Shown here piece by piece: positions 40,401 through 52,692 of a DNA stretch of 64,000 bases. The notes under the pieces were generated by a model, which saw nothing but the letters and a program-made list of their open reading frames with translations, was not told the DNA's origin and ran no database searches. The stretch covers positions 150,970,001 through 151,034,000 of the forward strand of contig NC_082707.1 in NCBI RefSeq assembly GCF_030144855.1. Reading direction: 5' to 3'. Position 1 is the stretch's first letter; the number at the start of each line of letters is the position of its first letter. A program made the position numbers and the translations under genes. The stretch is from Hypanus sabinus (Eukaryota).

Positions 40401-43400
40401 ACATAATACCATAAAACATGAGATATAGGAGTAGAATTACACCATTTGACTAATTGAGTCTGCTCTGCCATTTCATCATGGCTGATCCAATTTTTCTCTC
40501 AGTCCCAATCTCTTACCTTCTCCCTGTATACCTTTGTGCCCTGACAAATCAAGAATCTATAAACCTCTGCCATAAATGCATATAAAGACTTGGCCTCCAC
40601 AACTATCTGTGGCAAAGAATTCCACAGATTCACCACTCTCTGGCAAAACAAATTCCTCCTTAATTCCATTCTAAAAGGGCGTTTATCTATTCTGAGACTG
40701 TGTCCACTAGTCTTAGATTCTCTCACCATAGGAGGTATCCTCTCCACATCCACTCCATTAAGGTCTTTCACCATTCAATAGCTTTCAATGAGGTCACCCC
40801 TCATTCTTCTCAATTCTAGTGAATACAGGTCCAGAACCAACAAATGCTCTTCATATGACAAGCCATTTAATCCTGGAATAATTTTTGTGAATTTCCTTTG
40901 ATCCACCTCCAGTTTCAGCACATCATTTCTGAGATAAGGGTCTTAAACATGCTCACAATACTCCAAGCGAGGCCTCACCAGTGCTTTATAAAGCCTCAAC
41001 ATTGCATCCTTGCTTTTATAGTCTAGTCCTCTTAAAATGAATGCGAACATTGCATTTGACTTCCTCACCACAGACTCAACCTGCAAATTAACCTTTAGGA
41101 AATCCTGCACAAGGTCTCCTAAGTCTGTATGCACCTCAGTATTGTATTTTTCTCCATTTAGAAAACAGTCAACACTTTCATTTCTTCTACAATACAATTA
41201 CCGACACTTTATTCCATCTAACATTTCTTTGCCCATTCTCCTAATCTGTCTAAGTCCTTCTGTAGTCTCTCTACTTCTTCAAAACTACCTGCTGCTCCAT
41301 CTGTCTTCTTATCACTTGTAAACTTTGTAATGAAGCCATCAAATCCATCGTCCAAATCATTGACATTAAAGATAAAATGAATCGGTCCCAACACAGTCCC
41401 CTGTCGAACACCACTAGTCACCGGTGGCCAGTCAGAAAAGGCTCTTTTTATACCCACTCTTTGTTTCCTGCCAATCAATCACTGCGTTATCCATATTTCC
41501 CATAATACCATGAGCAATATACCAATATTTCCCATAATACCATGAGCTCGTAATTGGTTATGCAACCTCAAGTGTGGCATCCTGTCTGAAAATCCAGGTA
41601 CAGAACATCAACCAATTCTCTTTCGTCTATCCTATTTGTTATTTCTTCATAGAATTCCAACAGATTTGTCAGACAAGAGTTTATCTGGAGGAAACCATGC
41701 TGACTATGGACTAGTTTATCATACACCTCCAAGTACCCTGAGACCTTATCCTTAATTATTGACTCCAACATCTTTCCAACCACTGAGGTCAGACTAAAGG
41801 CTGATTTATGGGCTACGCCGCAGCCCTGATTTTCACTTCTGCATAGGTTCTATGCCATAGCAAGCATGCGTTGGTGTGTGCCAAAACGCTAGTTGGCGGT
41901 GGGGTTTCTATGTCACTGTGTTGAGTTTCTTCGTGACAGACATAGACAAGGAAATGCATTTCAAACATTTTCGCATGTTGACAGGTAGATTTAATGATTT
42001 GGTTCTTCTATTTCGCATCAGTGTACAGACATGGTGGAGAAGAAGCAACTGGAAATGCATAGGAGGAAATGCGATGCTACCAAGTGGACCAATCACAGTT
42101 GTTGCAGTCTGCATCACCGCAATGTGTGATGTACCTTTTTGGCAAGGTGTACGTCACCCTACGGTGTAGGGTACACCGTAGGTACGGGATAGGGTATGCA
42201 ACGCAAGAGAATAAATCAGCCTTATCTGCCCTATATTTTCCTTTCCTATGTCTTTCTCCCTTCTTGATGAATGAAGTGACTTTTGTAATGTTCCAGTTTT
42301 TTGGAATCTTTACAGAATCTAGTGATTCTTGAAATATCATTACTAATGGCTCCACGATCTCTTCAGCCACCACTTTCAGAACTCTGGGATGTACACCATC
42401 TGGTCCAGGTGACTTATCTAACTTCAGACCTTTCAGTTTCCGAAGCACCTTCTCTCTAGTTATGGTAACTTCACACACTTCATTCTACCTGACTCCTGGA
42501 ACATCCACCATACTGCTAGTGTATTCCACGGTGAAGACTGTTGCAAAATCCTTATTCAGTTCATCTGCAATGTTGTTGTCACACATTTCTACCTCTTCAA
42601 CATCATGTTCCAGTAGTCTGATATTCACTCTCATCTCCCTTTTACACTTTCTGTATCTGAAGAAAATTTTGGTATCCTTCTCATTATTGGCTAGCTTACT
42701 TTCGTATTGCATCTTTATCTTTTTAATGAACCTTTAATTGCTTTATGTTGTTTTTTAAAAGCCCCTAATCCTTTAATTTCCCACTTATTTTTGCTCTATT
42801 TTATGCCCTCTCTTTGGCTTCAGTGTTGGCTTTGACTTCTCTTGTTAGCCGCAGTTGTGCATTCTTTCCTTTAGAATACGTCTTCCTCTTTCAGATGTAT
42901 ATATCTTCTGCATTCTGAATTGCTTCCAGAAATTCCAGCTATTGCAGCTTTGCCTTCATCCCTGACAGTGTACTTCTCCAATTAATTATTTGATGCCTAC
43001 GACATCATACCTGCCAATCTGCAATTGTGTTGCAAATTCATCTACCTTATTGCATGCAAATACATCACCTCAGTCCTGTATTCACCCTCTTTGATTTTGT
43101 CCGCCTTTTTATGTTGCAACTCATCCTGTTGACTGTAATTTTGCCCTATCAATATCTTCTCCTCACTACACATTGCCTCTGTTTGTAAACCAGCTACCTT
43201 ATCTTCAGCACTATTATCTGTCTTTCCTATGAAACTTCTTGCATTGAAATGTTGGCAGCTCAGGATACTAGTCACGCCATGCTCAACGTTTTGACTCCTA
43301 ATATGGTCTGAGATCTTACCAGCATCTGCTGCTGCAACCTCTCCATTAACTGTTCTGGGCACTCTGCTTCCCACCCCCCTGCAACTCTTGTTTAAACTCC

Positions 43401-44615
43401 ATGATGCAGCTTTAACAACCGTCCTGCTTGGATATTTGTCCCTGTCCAGTTCAGGTGCGAACCATCCCTTCTGTACAGGTCCCGTGTTCCCTGGAAGAGA
43501 TTCCACTGGTCCAGAAATCTTATGCCCTCCCTCCTACGCAGACTCTTTAGCCACATATTAAACTGTAAAATCTTCCAAGTTCTGGCCTCACAAGCACCTG
43601 GCAGGGATAGCACTCCTGAGATTGCAACCGTGGAGGTCCTGTCCTTTAATATAGAACCAAGCACCCAGATCTCCCTATACAGAGCCTCTTCACTCACCCT
43701 ACCCATGTCATTGGTACCTACATGCACCATTACTTCAGGCTGTTCACTCTCCCAATTAAGAATATTGAGGACTTGATCCGAGATATCCCAACCCTGGCAC
43801 CCAGGAGGCAATAGACCATCCCAGAATCTTGTTCTCACCCACAGAATATCCTGTTCATTCTCCTAACTAATGAATCCCCTATCAACACAGCTCACCTCTT
43901 CTGCTCTTTTCGTTTCTGAATCACAGAGGCAAACTCTGCCAGAGACTTGACCACTGTGCCTTTCCTCTTTTAGGTCATCCCTTCGACAGTATCCAAAATG
44001 ATATATGTGTTGCTGAGGGGGATGGTCACAGGGGTAATCTGCACTGGTTCATTAACCCATTTCCCCTTCTTGACCATTTTCTTAACTTCCCCAGTTTTCT
44101 GTGTCCTGCACTTTGGGTGTATCTGCCTCTCTTTATGTCCTATCTATCTCCCCTTCAGCCTTCCGAATGATCTGGAGTTCATCCAATCCCAGCTCCAGCT
44201 CCTTAAAAAGATTTGTTAGAAACTGTACTGGATGCACTTCTAGCAGTCTTCTGGCCTTCCCACATCCTGCAAGTGCTGCATTTCACTATCCTGCCTGGCA
44301 TCTCTACTGTCCTAGCTGAGCAGATATAGAGAAGAGAAGGAAAAAAAGAAAACTTAAGCTTTTCTTTCCTTTGCTTTCTCTGAATGAAGCCTCTCCTCCC
44401 GGAAGCCTCGAAGAGCTAAAGCCTCAAGATCACACTTTGACCCTGGCCGCTCAGTTGACATCTGTTGCGCTTGCCCCTGCTCTCCTTAATTCACTCTTAC
44501 TAATCAGCTCCAGATACCGAATAGTGTCTGGTCAAAGCTCTTTTTCAGTGTTGCAACCTACTACTGCATCTTATCCTTCGGGTGTGGACCTGACTGAAGT
44601 CCCCTGCTCTCCAAG
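40401..44615 (-). mobile_element. CR1 LINE (chimeric lineage), near full length with most of APE deleted
   Basis: RT ('SCLTNLLEFYEE', 'RPRLEYCE'), esterase ('VMVHVGTNDMG', 'DGSHL'), ORF1 N-terminus ~44100-44290 and 5' UTR to ~44615. Confidence 0.92.
41798..42222 (+). mobile_element. PIF/Harbinger non-autonomous element (MITE) inserted in CR1
   Basis: 12-bp TIR AGGCTGATTTAT / ATAAATCAGCCT; TAA / TAT flanks (3-bp TSD, one mismatch); transposase remnant 'DKEMHFKHFRMLTGRFNDLV'. Confidence 0.85.
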
Positions 44616-46834
44616 CGTCTGATCCCCTATTGTGCATCTGATTCTACACTGTAATTTTTCTTAACTTATTCCATGTATGAAGAAACAAACACCACATAGC
44701 CTGATCAATCTTTAATCTTGTTTTTCTTATCTAAAACCATTAACTTTTGAACAGTTTGCTTTGATGTAATAGAAAATGATACAGAGCAACAAATCTGTAA
44801 TTTCCTTTTGACCAACAGAATTGTTAATCATGCACAAACAGAGTCTCCCTCAGTTCACAGAACTGATGGTGGTGGCCATCCCAATCCAGCTAAGGCTGTT
44901 TCCTCCAAGGACATTCTACTCACAGTGGGATAGTAGATTCATTTATAATATCAGGCTTCTAGACAGATAATATTTAAAGCAGGCACATCAGTAACATTAA
45001 AAGCCAACTAGGTAAGTATATGGATTGGAGAGGTTTAGAGGGCTTTTGGCAAATTGGTGGGACTAGCAGACTGGGTAACACAGACAGCATGAACAAGTTG
45101 GACTGAAGAGACTTTCTCCATGCAATCTGACTTTATGACTTGCTACTTCTTGGATACGTTGACATTGGAAGCTTGGGTGACTTTTGTCCCATGGATCATT
45201 GAAGAGCTAGCTGTTACAGAAAGTGTAGGAAGTGCTAAAGAGACAAGTCACTGTCATGCTTGGAGGATAAGCATGCAGAACAACACCTTCATTTATCCTT
45301 GGTTAATCTTGTGAGGTGATTAAACTTCATCCAGATGCTCCTGCTCAGTGGTGCTTGAATCCAAAAGACTGCAAATGCTTTGAAGCAAATCCCTAATCTG
45401 GTTTTTCAAACAACTCTTCTTACCATCTAAAAATACATGCTTGGTGAGTTCTTCTTAGTAAATGTGAACAATTAATTCACATGCCGATGGTATAAGTGTT
45501 AAATTGTCAATTAGAGAAAAAGCTTTTTCCATTTATTTATCTAGGATATTGACTAGATAATACCCTTTTTTGGACAAAGGATTAATTTCTGTCACTGTCT
45601 ATTCATTTGTTAATGTATTGAATTAAGAAGCATAGATGCTGCAATTTAGAGTGTAATTTGAGATCTTCTTTCCCTTTAGCAAATTGATGAAGATGAAGGA
45701 CACAATTGTCATTTCAGTTGAATGATTGCTGCTGAGAATTGAGAGGTTAGGAGTTTCTACAGCTTCATTCTGCAAAAACAAACATCAAATTAAAAAGGTT
45801 TGACCTCTGTTGTGGTGGTACAGGATCTTCGTATTCTTGTGAGGTTGGAGAAAGATCAAATTGTTGTTAATAATCAGTAGTGATTAATACCAATGTGGGA
45901 CCTTTCATCCTACAAGTGGTTCTTTTAGCAACTTTCATTTTATTACAATGAAATTATTTAGACATGATGTAACATAATAATGTCTATCAGTTATGATAAT
46001 ATTATCGTAGAAATCAACTATCTGGAGCAAAGTAATTTTTCCTTTCAAGCTATCGATATGCTGGCTTGTACTGTTAAGAACTTGCTCTTCACTCAGAGCA
46101 TTTTGCACAACTGTCAATTGGAATTATCTGAACTTTGCTTCTCTACCCCTTCTTTTTCATAAACTAATTATGCATAGAAATACTGAACTAGGCATTTCAT
46201 GATTAACTTTTAATGAAAGACTGTTGTTCTTCCGTCACAATCTCATTTGCCATAGCAACAAGAATAGGCTAATAAGTCTTCTTGAAAGTCCAGCCTGATT
46301 CTTTGATTTGAACCATCAAGCTCAGTCAATACTGTTGAAACAATTACTGGACTTCTGTGCATTTAAGTAATATTCAGCTAAAATCAGAAGCAGCTGACAA
46401 TCATGTGCTAAATACCTTGTACATCTTATCTAGTTTATAGTGTACATCTGGATTCCTGTTTCCAGTCAAGAGCTCAGTGAAGAAAATAAAATACATTTAG
46501 CACAAAATTGACACAAAGGGAACAAAGGCTTTGATACATCTGAATGTATATTGACTGATTTATAGGAGTTGTCAGCAAGTTCAAATGTCTCAGATCTGAC
46601 ACATTCACAAAAGTTAACTTATATTGGTTGTGTTTTGTGTAGAATTTCCATCAATTTTCCAAACCCTCACTATGGGAAATGGGAGAAGTAAATTATAATA
46701 TCAGTAGACCTTGAATGACCCGAGCACATCCTGCATACATGTGCTATTGCCACTGAGAGATAATATATCAGAAGTGGTATTTAGTAATTTTTTTTTTCCC
46801 TGGTTTAAAATGGTGCTAATGAAGCGCTGTGACT

Positions 46835-46886
46835 ACTTACCTGTAGCAAACAAAACAAAGAACACTAATATCTTCTTTATTAGTCA
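46835..46886 (-). promoter_or_regulatory. Candidate recursive splice site (3' splice site immediately followed by a 5' splice site)
   Basis: Minus strand: TGACTAATAAAGAAGATATTAGTGTTCTTTGTTTTGTTTGCTACAG|GTAAGT. Confidence 0.5.
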
Positions 46887-46989
46887 CACTCTTTCTGGTA
46901 ATGATCACTGCAATAAATAGCCTGTAACTTCCCTTTTGAAGTTGAGCTTTTGAACCACCTCTATGACCTGGCATTTTTGCAGTGTAAAC

Positions 46990-47778
46990 TGGAGTTTTGA
47001 AGGTGCAGGATGGTTGCGATGTGGCGTTTACAAACTGAGTTGAGGTGCTGGACTCAGGCTTGAGAGTAGGGAATCAGCCAAGTTTGGCCATTGCTGGAGG
47101 AGACATGGAGTTCATTTGATGTGGCAGCACGGAGGCGAGGCAAGCAGAGGCAATGCAGATTCAAGGTGGTAGGGCGTGGGACATGGCTCAAGAGGGAGGA
47201 AAGACCTGAGGTTTGATCAACTTAAGCGCTGAGCTGAATTAGATACAGGCAGATATGAGCTGGCAGGGCCCAGTCCTGGGAGTGTCTTGAAGTGACAGGG
47301 CTCAGGTTTGGAAACAAGGGACAATCTGAGGTTTGATCAACTTAAGCACGGACCAAACTGAAATGGTCAGGTATGGGTTGAAGCAAAGCAGCAAAGTCCA
47401 AGTCCAAGAGCGAGGAACAACGCAAGTTTAGAAGGTTTAATTGAGCCAAATTGAAGAGTCAGGGTTTCGGGGCTGGAGCTGAGGGACGGGCCAGTTAAGC
47501 TTGCTGTTCTGCAAAGTTTATTTATCTCTGCACTGAATTGAGGCCATGGCCTGCGACTAACGGGCTCCTGAATCGGCTGCATTGATGACAAGCTTCAAGG
47601 CTATGGACTCACATTCATAAACTTCAATCGTTTGTATTCTTTTGTTGTTTGTACAATGTCTTTTTTCTGCACGTTGGGTTCTGTTTGGGAATCTTTGGTC
47701 TTTGGCTGCCTGTAAGGAGACGAATCACCATATTATATATCGTATACAAACTTTGATATGATATGTACTTTGAATTTT
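46990..47778 (+). mobile_element. Non-autonomous retroposon with Rex1-like 3' tail
   Basis: GC-richer 5' part with direct repeat 'tgaggtttgatcaacttaagc' (~47207 and ~47327); 3' end resembles the Rex1 tail at 30320-30400; no ORF remnant. Confidence 0.55.
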
Positions 47779-49254
47779 AATCCAGGCTGGGGTCGAACAA
47801 AAGTAGAATTAGCACGTAATTTTAAAAGTTATTGCAAATACTTTAAGGATCCTATACAGATATTGGAGTATCGAAATACAAACAACTACAAAAATAGGAA
47901 TATTAAAATTAAATATTAGGAATATTAGTTGGAAAGTAGGGATATATTTTACTGGAACCTAGCAAAATACATGGAGAAAGGGTAAAGTAGATCTGCTGAA
48001 TTGATTAGATGTAATTGTAGAACAGGCAGATAGGTTGGAGCATTAAAACTGACATAGAAGTGTTGGATGGATGGCTTGTTTCTGGGCTGTAAATTCTAAT
48101 CCTCCAACAAAATACACAGTGGAGAAATAGAAGCATCCGTACTTTGCCAATTGTAAAACATTTGCCAGTCTGTTTTTCCAGTTGAACTGCTACAATGTAG
48201 TTTCAAACTTTGTTAATTCTGAGAGCCACAATTTCATACAATTATGATGTAGTGCAGGTGCAGCTCTATGAAGCAAAGCAAATATTAAATATGTGTAGAT
48301 TTCCTACCTCTCTAGACAGTCCCACCAGCTGTGTCTTTCAATTTAAGAGAGCAAGAAATTCATACAGTATTAGGTACAGAAATCTAAACCCTACTTGAAT
48401 AGTTTTATTGTTGCAGAATTTGTATCCAGTGGTGAGAATGATAGAACACATCAGCCATGGACCTTTCTTGTTGAATGCCTGCAAATTAAAAATAAAGTCA
48501 GAAATGCAAGAAACTCAAGATTAAGGTAAAATCCTAAAGTTCTCAGTATGTAAAGTGACATTGTGGAAAGGGAAACAGATTTAATGCTTCAGTTTGAAAG
48601 CCCATCGTCAGAATTGGAATAAATCAAGTAAATTAGTTATAAGTTACATGGATATGACAACAAGAATCTGCTGCTTTGTCCTATCCTTTCATCCCACAAC
48701 TTCACAACTTGCAGATTATTCACTATTTTTGTTATATTTGTGTTTGTTCTTTTAAAAGTTGGGTATAACATGTTTAGTTTATGCCTTGCATGTGAATGGA
48801 TGCTGCTTATATGATGTTGTGTCCTTGATGCTGTTGCAAGTAAGTTTTTCAATGTATTTGTGCATGCATGTACAAGTGCATATGATAATATATTTGACTT
48901 TGAATTTGACCTTGATATATTGCCTACCTGACATTGACCAAGTGCTTTAGCTGAAGGCATAAGTTTTGTATAAGTGTGGTATATATAATATGTGTTGTAG
49001 ACAAAAAAAAATATTTTAAGGTTATTATCCTTTCATGGATTGCGACTGTATTACTGGCACTGTCCAGATTGTAACAATAGTTGTAGGAAGTTCCAAAAGG
49101 AATCCATGGAAAAGTCCATGAAGAAAGTTCATGGATTGTTTCAGTTCCTCATGCCTCATGTGAGTCACCCTGTATATTCTGCAATTGAATTTGAGGTTAA
49201 GAGGCCATTGAGCACATATATTTTACAATACTAGAATTTTTATAGCATTTTTAC

Positions 49255-49735
49255 AGAGTCAAAATGTCATCATTTTGGGTAGCATACAAACAGGCTCTTC
49301 AGCCCAATCTATCTACGCTGATGTCAAACCTGACCATATTAATTCCATCTGAATACATTTCATATACATCCCTCTTTGCCCTGCTCATTCAAACACCTGT
49401 CCAGTTGCCTTTTAAATGTGTTAATGTTCCTGTCTCTAACACCTCCTTTGGCAGCTTATTCCAGATACCATCAGCACTTTGTGTAAAAGTTTAACCCTCA
49501 GATCTTCTTTAATACTCTTCTCTCACACCTTAAACCTATGCCTTCTAGTTTTCAACAGGCAAACCATAGGAAACAAAACTCTCTCTATAAAAGTCAAATC
49601 TTAGCTTCTTTCACTCCAGGAAAATTATACCTAGACTATCTTGACAACTTAGTCCATCCAATTAAGGCAACATTCTCTCTAGCTTAATCACTTTCTTTCT
49701 ATAGCATGATGATCTGAAGAGCACACAATACTCCA
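49255..49735 (-). mobile_element. CR1 3' fragment
   Basis: 'ggcagcttattccagatacca..ctttgtgtaaaa', 'gcacacaatactccag'. Confidence 0.7.
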
Positions 49736-49744
49736 GCGTTCTGG

Positions 49745-50313
49745 CAACACATTCATGACTGTATGGTTAGGTTCTGCTCTGACGCTACCTTCCGGTGTGC
49801 AGATGACACCACTGCAGTGAGCCATATCTCTCATAATAATGAGTCAGAGCACAGGAAGTAGATAGAAAACTCATGGCATGCTACCATGACAATAACCTTT
49901 CGCCCAAAGTCAGCAAACAAGAGCTAGTTATTGACCACAGGAAATGGGATGGTGCATGTGCTTCTGTTCACATCAACAATGCTGTGGTCGAGAGGGTTAA
50001 GAGCTTCAAGGTCCAAATAGTTAACATCACCAATGTCTTTTCCTGGTTCAAGACTATTCACCAGCATCTCTACTTCCTCAAGAAGCTAAAGGAAATTTAC
50101 TATATCCCTTTGACCCTTATTAATTTTTATTGACATACCATAGAATGAATCCTATCTGGATTCATCATGGGTTGGTATGGCAACTGAATAAAAAAAACTA
50201 CAGAGTTGTGAACACAGCTGACTACATCATGGTAACCATCCTCCCCTCCAAAGATTCTGCGTACACTGCTGGCTGTCTCAGTAAAGCAGCATTGATCTTT
50301 AAAGGCCCCACCC
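49745..50313 (+). mobile_element. Rex1/Babar LINE fragment
   Basis: 'DNNLSPKVSKQELVIDHRK..VERVKSFK..QHLYFLKKLK'. Confidence 0.8.
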
Positions 50314-50712
50314 TGTCAGGATGCTGAAGCAGCGACCCAATGGCAGGCCAAGTACTGTGAGCGCTGTGACATTTGCAGATCCAGAGGGGCAACAAAGTCA
50401 GTGTTAAAATTCAGGTGGAGATCAGATATTCCAGAGAAATCCAAAAACCAGAATCACAAAATAGACAGAGTCAATATTCAGCAGGGAGAGTTCAGGTACG
50501 AATGCTGGAAAGGCTCAGGAAAACTCACTGGCAGAATCTGGCAACAAACAGGTGAAAACACGGGACTAAAATACACTGAGCGATAAACAGAGAGGCAGAT
50601 GATAGGTGGAGCACAATGAGACAGGTGGGAGCAAAACAGGTAATAATAAGAAACAGGTGAGAGGCGGTGCACTCAGTAATACAGGGGCTGGAATAGTGCA
50701 GGAGCAGGGACA
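50314..50712. mobile_element. Gypsy-type LTR (solo or fragment)
   Basis: Starts TGTCAGG, purine-rich with repeated 'acaggtg' units typical of fish Gypsy LTRs; right end abuts a Rex1 tail. Confidence 0.5.
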
Positions 50713-50714
50713 AG

Positions 50715-51900
50715 ATAAAAAAAAATTACGTAATTAAAAAAAACACAGAGAAAGCTACACTAGGCTATAGACCTACACTGGACTGCATAAAGTGCACAAA
50801 AACAGTGCACACATTACAATAAATAATAAACAGGACAGTAGGGCAAGGTGTCAGTCCAGGCTTCGGTTATTGAGGAGTCTGATGGCTTGGGGGAAGAAAC
50901 TGTTATATACTCTGTTCGTAAGAGCCCAAGTGCTTTGGAGCCTTTTCCCAGATGGCAGGAGGGAGAAGAGATCGTATGAGGGGTGCATGGGGTCCTTCAT
51001 AATGCTGTTTCCTCTGCAGATGCAGCGTGTAGTGTAAATGTCTATGATGGCAGGAAGAGAGACCCCGATGATCTTCTCAGCTGACCTCATTATCTGCTGC
51101 AGGGTCTTGTGATCCGAGATGGTGCAATTTCTGAACCAGGCAGTGATGCAGCTGCTCAGGATGCTCTCAATATAACCCCTGTAGAATGTGTTGAGGATGG
51201 GGGTGGGAGATGGACTTTCTTCAGCCTTCACAAAAAGTAGAGACGCTGCTGGGCTTTCTTTGCTATGGAGCTGGTGTTGAGGGACCAGGTGAGATTCTCC
51301 GCCAGGTGAACACCAAGTAATTTGGTGCTGTTTACGATCTCTACCGAGAAGCCATCAATGTTCAGCTGGGAGTGGTCGCTCCTTGCCCTCCTGAAGTCTC
51401 TTTTGTTTTTTTCATTTTAAGAGACAGATTGTTACATCTGCACCAGTCCGTTAGCCGCTGCACCTCCTCTCTTGAAGCTGACTCGTCTTTTTGCTGATGA
51501 GATGCACCACAGTTGTGTCATTGGCGAACTTGATGATATGGTTCGAGCTGTGTGTTGCAGCACAGTCGTGGGTCAGCAGAGTGAACAGCAGTGGACTGAG
51601 CACGCAACCGTGGGGAGCCCCCATGCTCAGTGTGATGGTTTTGGAGATGCTGCTTCCGATCCGGACTGACTGAGGTCTCCCAGTCAGGAAGTCTAGGATC
51701 CAGTTGCAGAGGGAGGTGTTCAGGCCCAGTAGGCTCAGCTTTCCAATCAGTCTCTGAGGGATGATTGTGTTGAATGCTGAACTGAAGTCTATGAACAGCA
51801 TCTGAATGTATGTGTCTTTTTTGTCCAGGTGGGTTAGGGCCAGGTGGAGGGTGGTGGCAATGGCGTCATCTGTTGAGTGTTTGGGACAGTATGCAAACTG
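50715..51900 (-). mobile_element. Rex1/Babar LINE, 5'-truncated, relatively well preserved
   Basis: '[47 protein letters not shown]' and 'FYRGYIESILSSCITAWF..SFFPQAIRLLN'. Confidence 0.92.
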
Positions 51901-51904
51901 GAAG

Positions 51905-52047
51905 GGTCAACGTTTTGGGTCAAGACCCTTCGTCCTGACGAAACGTTAACTGCTCCTTTCAACAGATGCTGCCCGACCTGCTGAGTTCATCCAGCTTTTT
52001 TGTACATCTTGATTTGACCACAGCATCTGCAGTGTACTTTGTGTTTA
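51905..52047. mobile_element. Penelope-derived fold-back remnant (subfamily B)
   Basis: Right arm and tail nearly identical to 5834-5900; hammerhead pieces on both strands at the inversion junction. Confidence 0.8.
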
Positions 52048-52049
52048 CA

Positions 52050-52420
52050 CTTCTGTATCTTATTAGCCAGCTCACTCTAGATCCCAGAGGTTCTAAACTT
52101 TTGGGTCAGCTTATTATAGGACCTTGTCAAAGGCCAGGTGGACATCATCAATCACCAGGCCCTCATTAATCCTCTTGATCACCTCTCTAAAAAGGTCAAT
52201 CAAATTCAAAGACATGATTCCCCACCCACAAATCCATGCTGACTATCACTAAGCAATCGTTACCTTTTAAAATACAAATAAGTCTTTTACCTCAGAAATC
52301 TTTCCAATAACTTTCTCATCAATGATGTATGTAATGCTCACCAGCCTGTCGGTTTCTCCCTGGTATCCTTCTTAAATAAATGCTCAGTCTTATGGTACCT
52401 CAACTGCAGCCCATGTAAAA
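52050..52420 (-). mobile_element. CR1 internal RT fragment
   Basis: 'accttgtcaaaggcc', 'acaaatccatgctgactatc'. Confidence 0.6.
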
Positions 52421-52692
52421 ACAAAATAATTCTGCCTAGTATTCTATATTAAATTTTGTAAAACATTGAATAAATGTTTGAATAGTTCAAAATGACATCT
52501 TAACTCTTTCTGAATCCTTAGAATGTCGGGTCTGTGTATCTGTAGTTAGTATTGTTGGTAGAGTGTCTAAAAAAGGTAAATACTTTCAATGTCTGTGGAA
52601 CATTTTCTGATAGATGCAGTGCTTTTTCTCAGTCTCAGGCGGCATTAAAATGTGAATATCTGTCAAGTTTGTTTCAATAGTTCAATATTTTA

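Noticed and set aside
44819-45011. Exon-like block with caacag| acceptor and TAG|GTAAGT donor
   Set aside because: All three frames contain stops, and the donor lies at the start of a CR1 3' remnant (45010-45140), so it is probably TE-derived.
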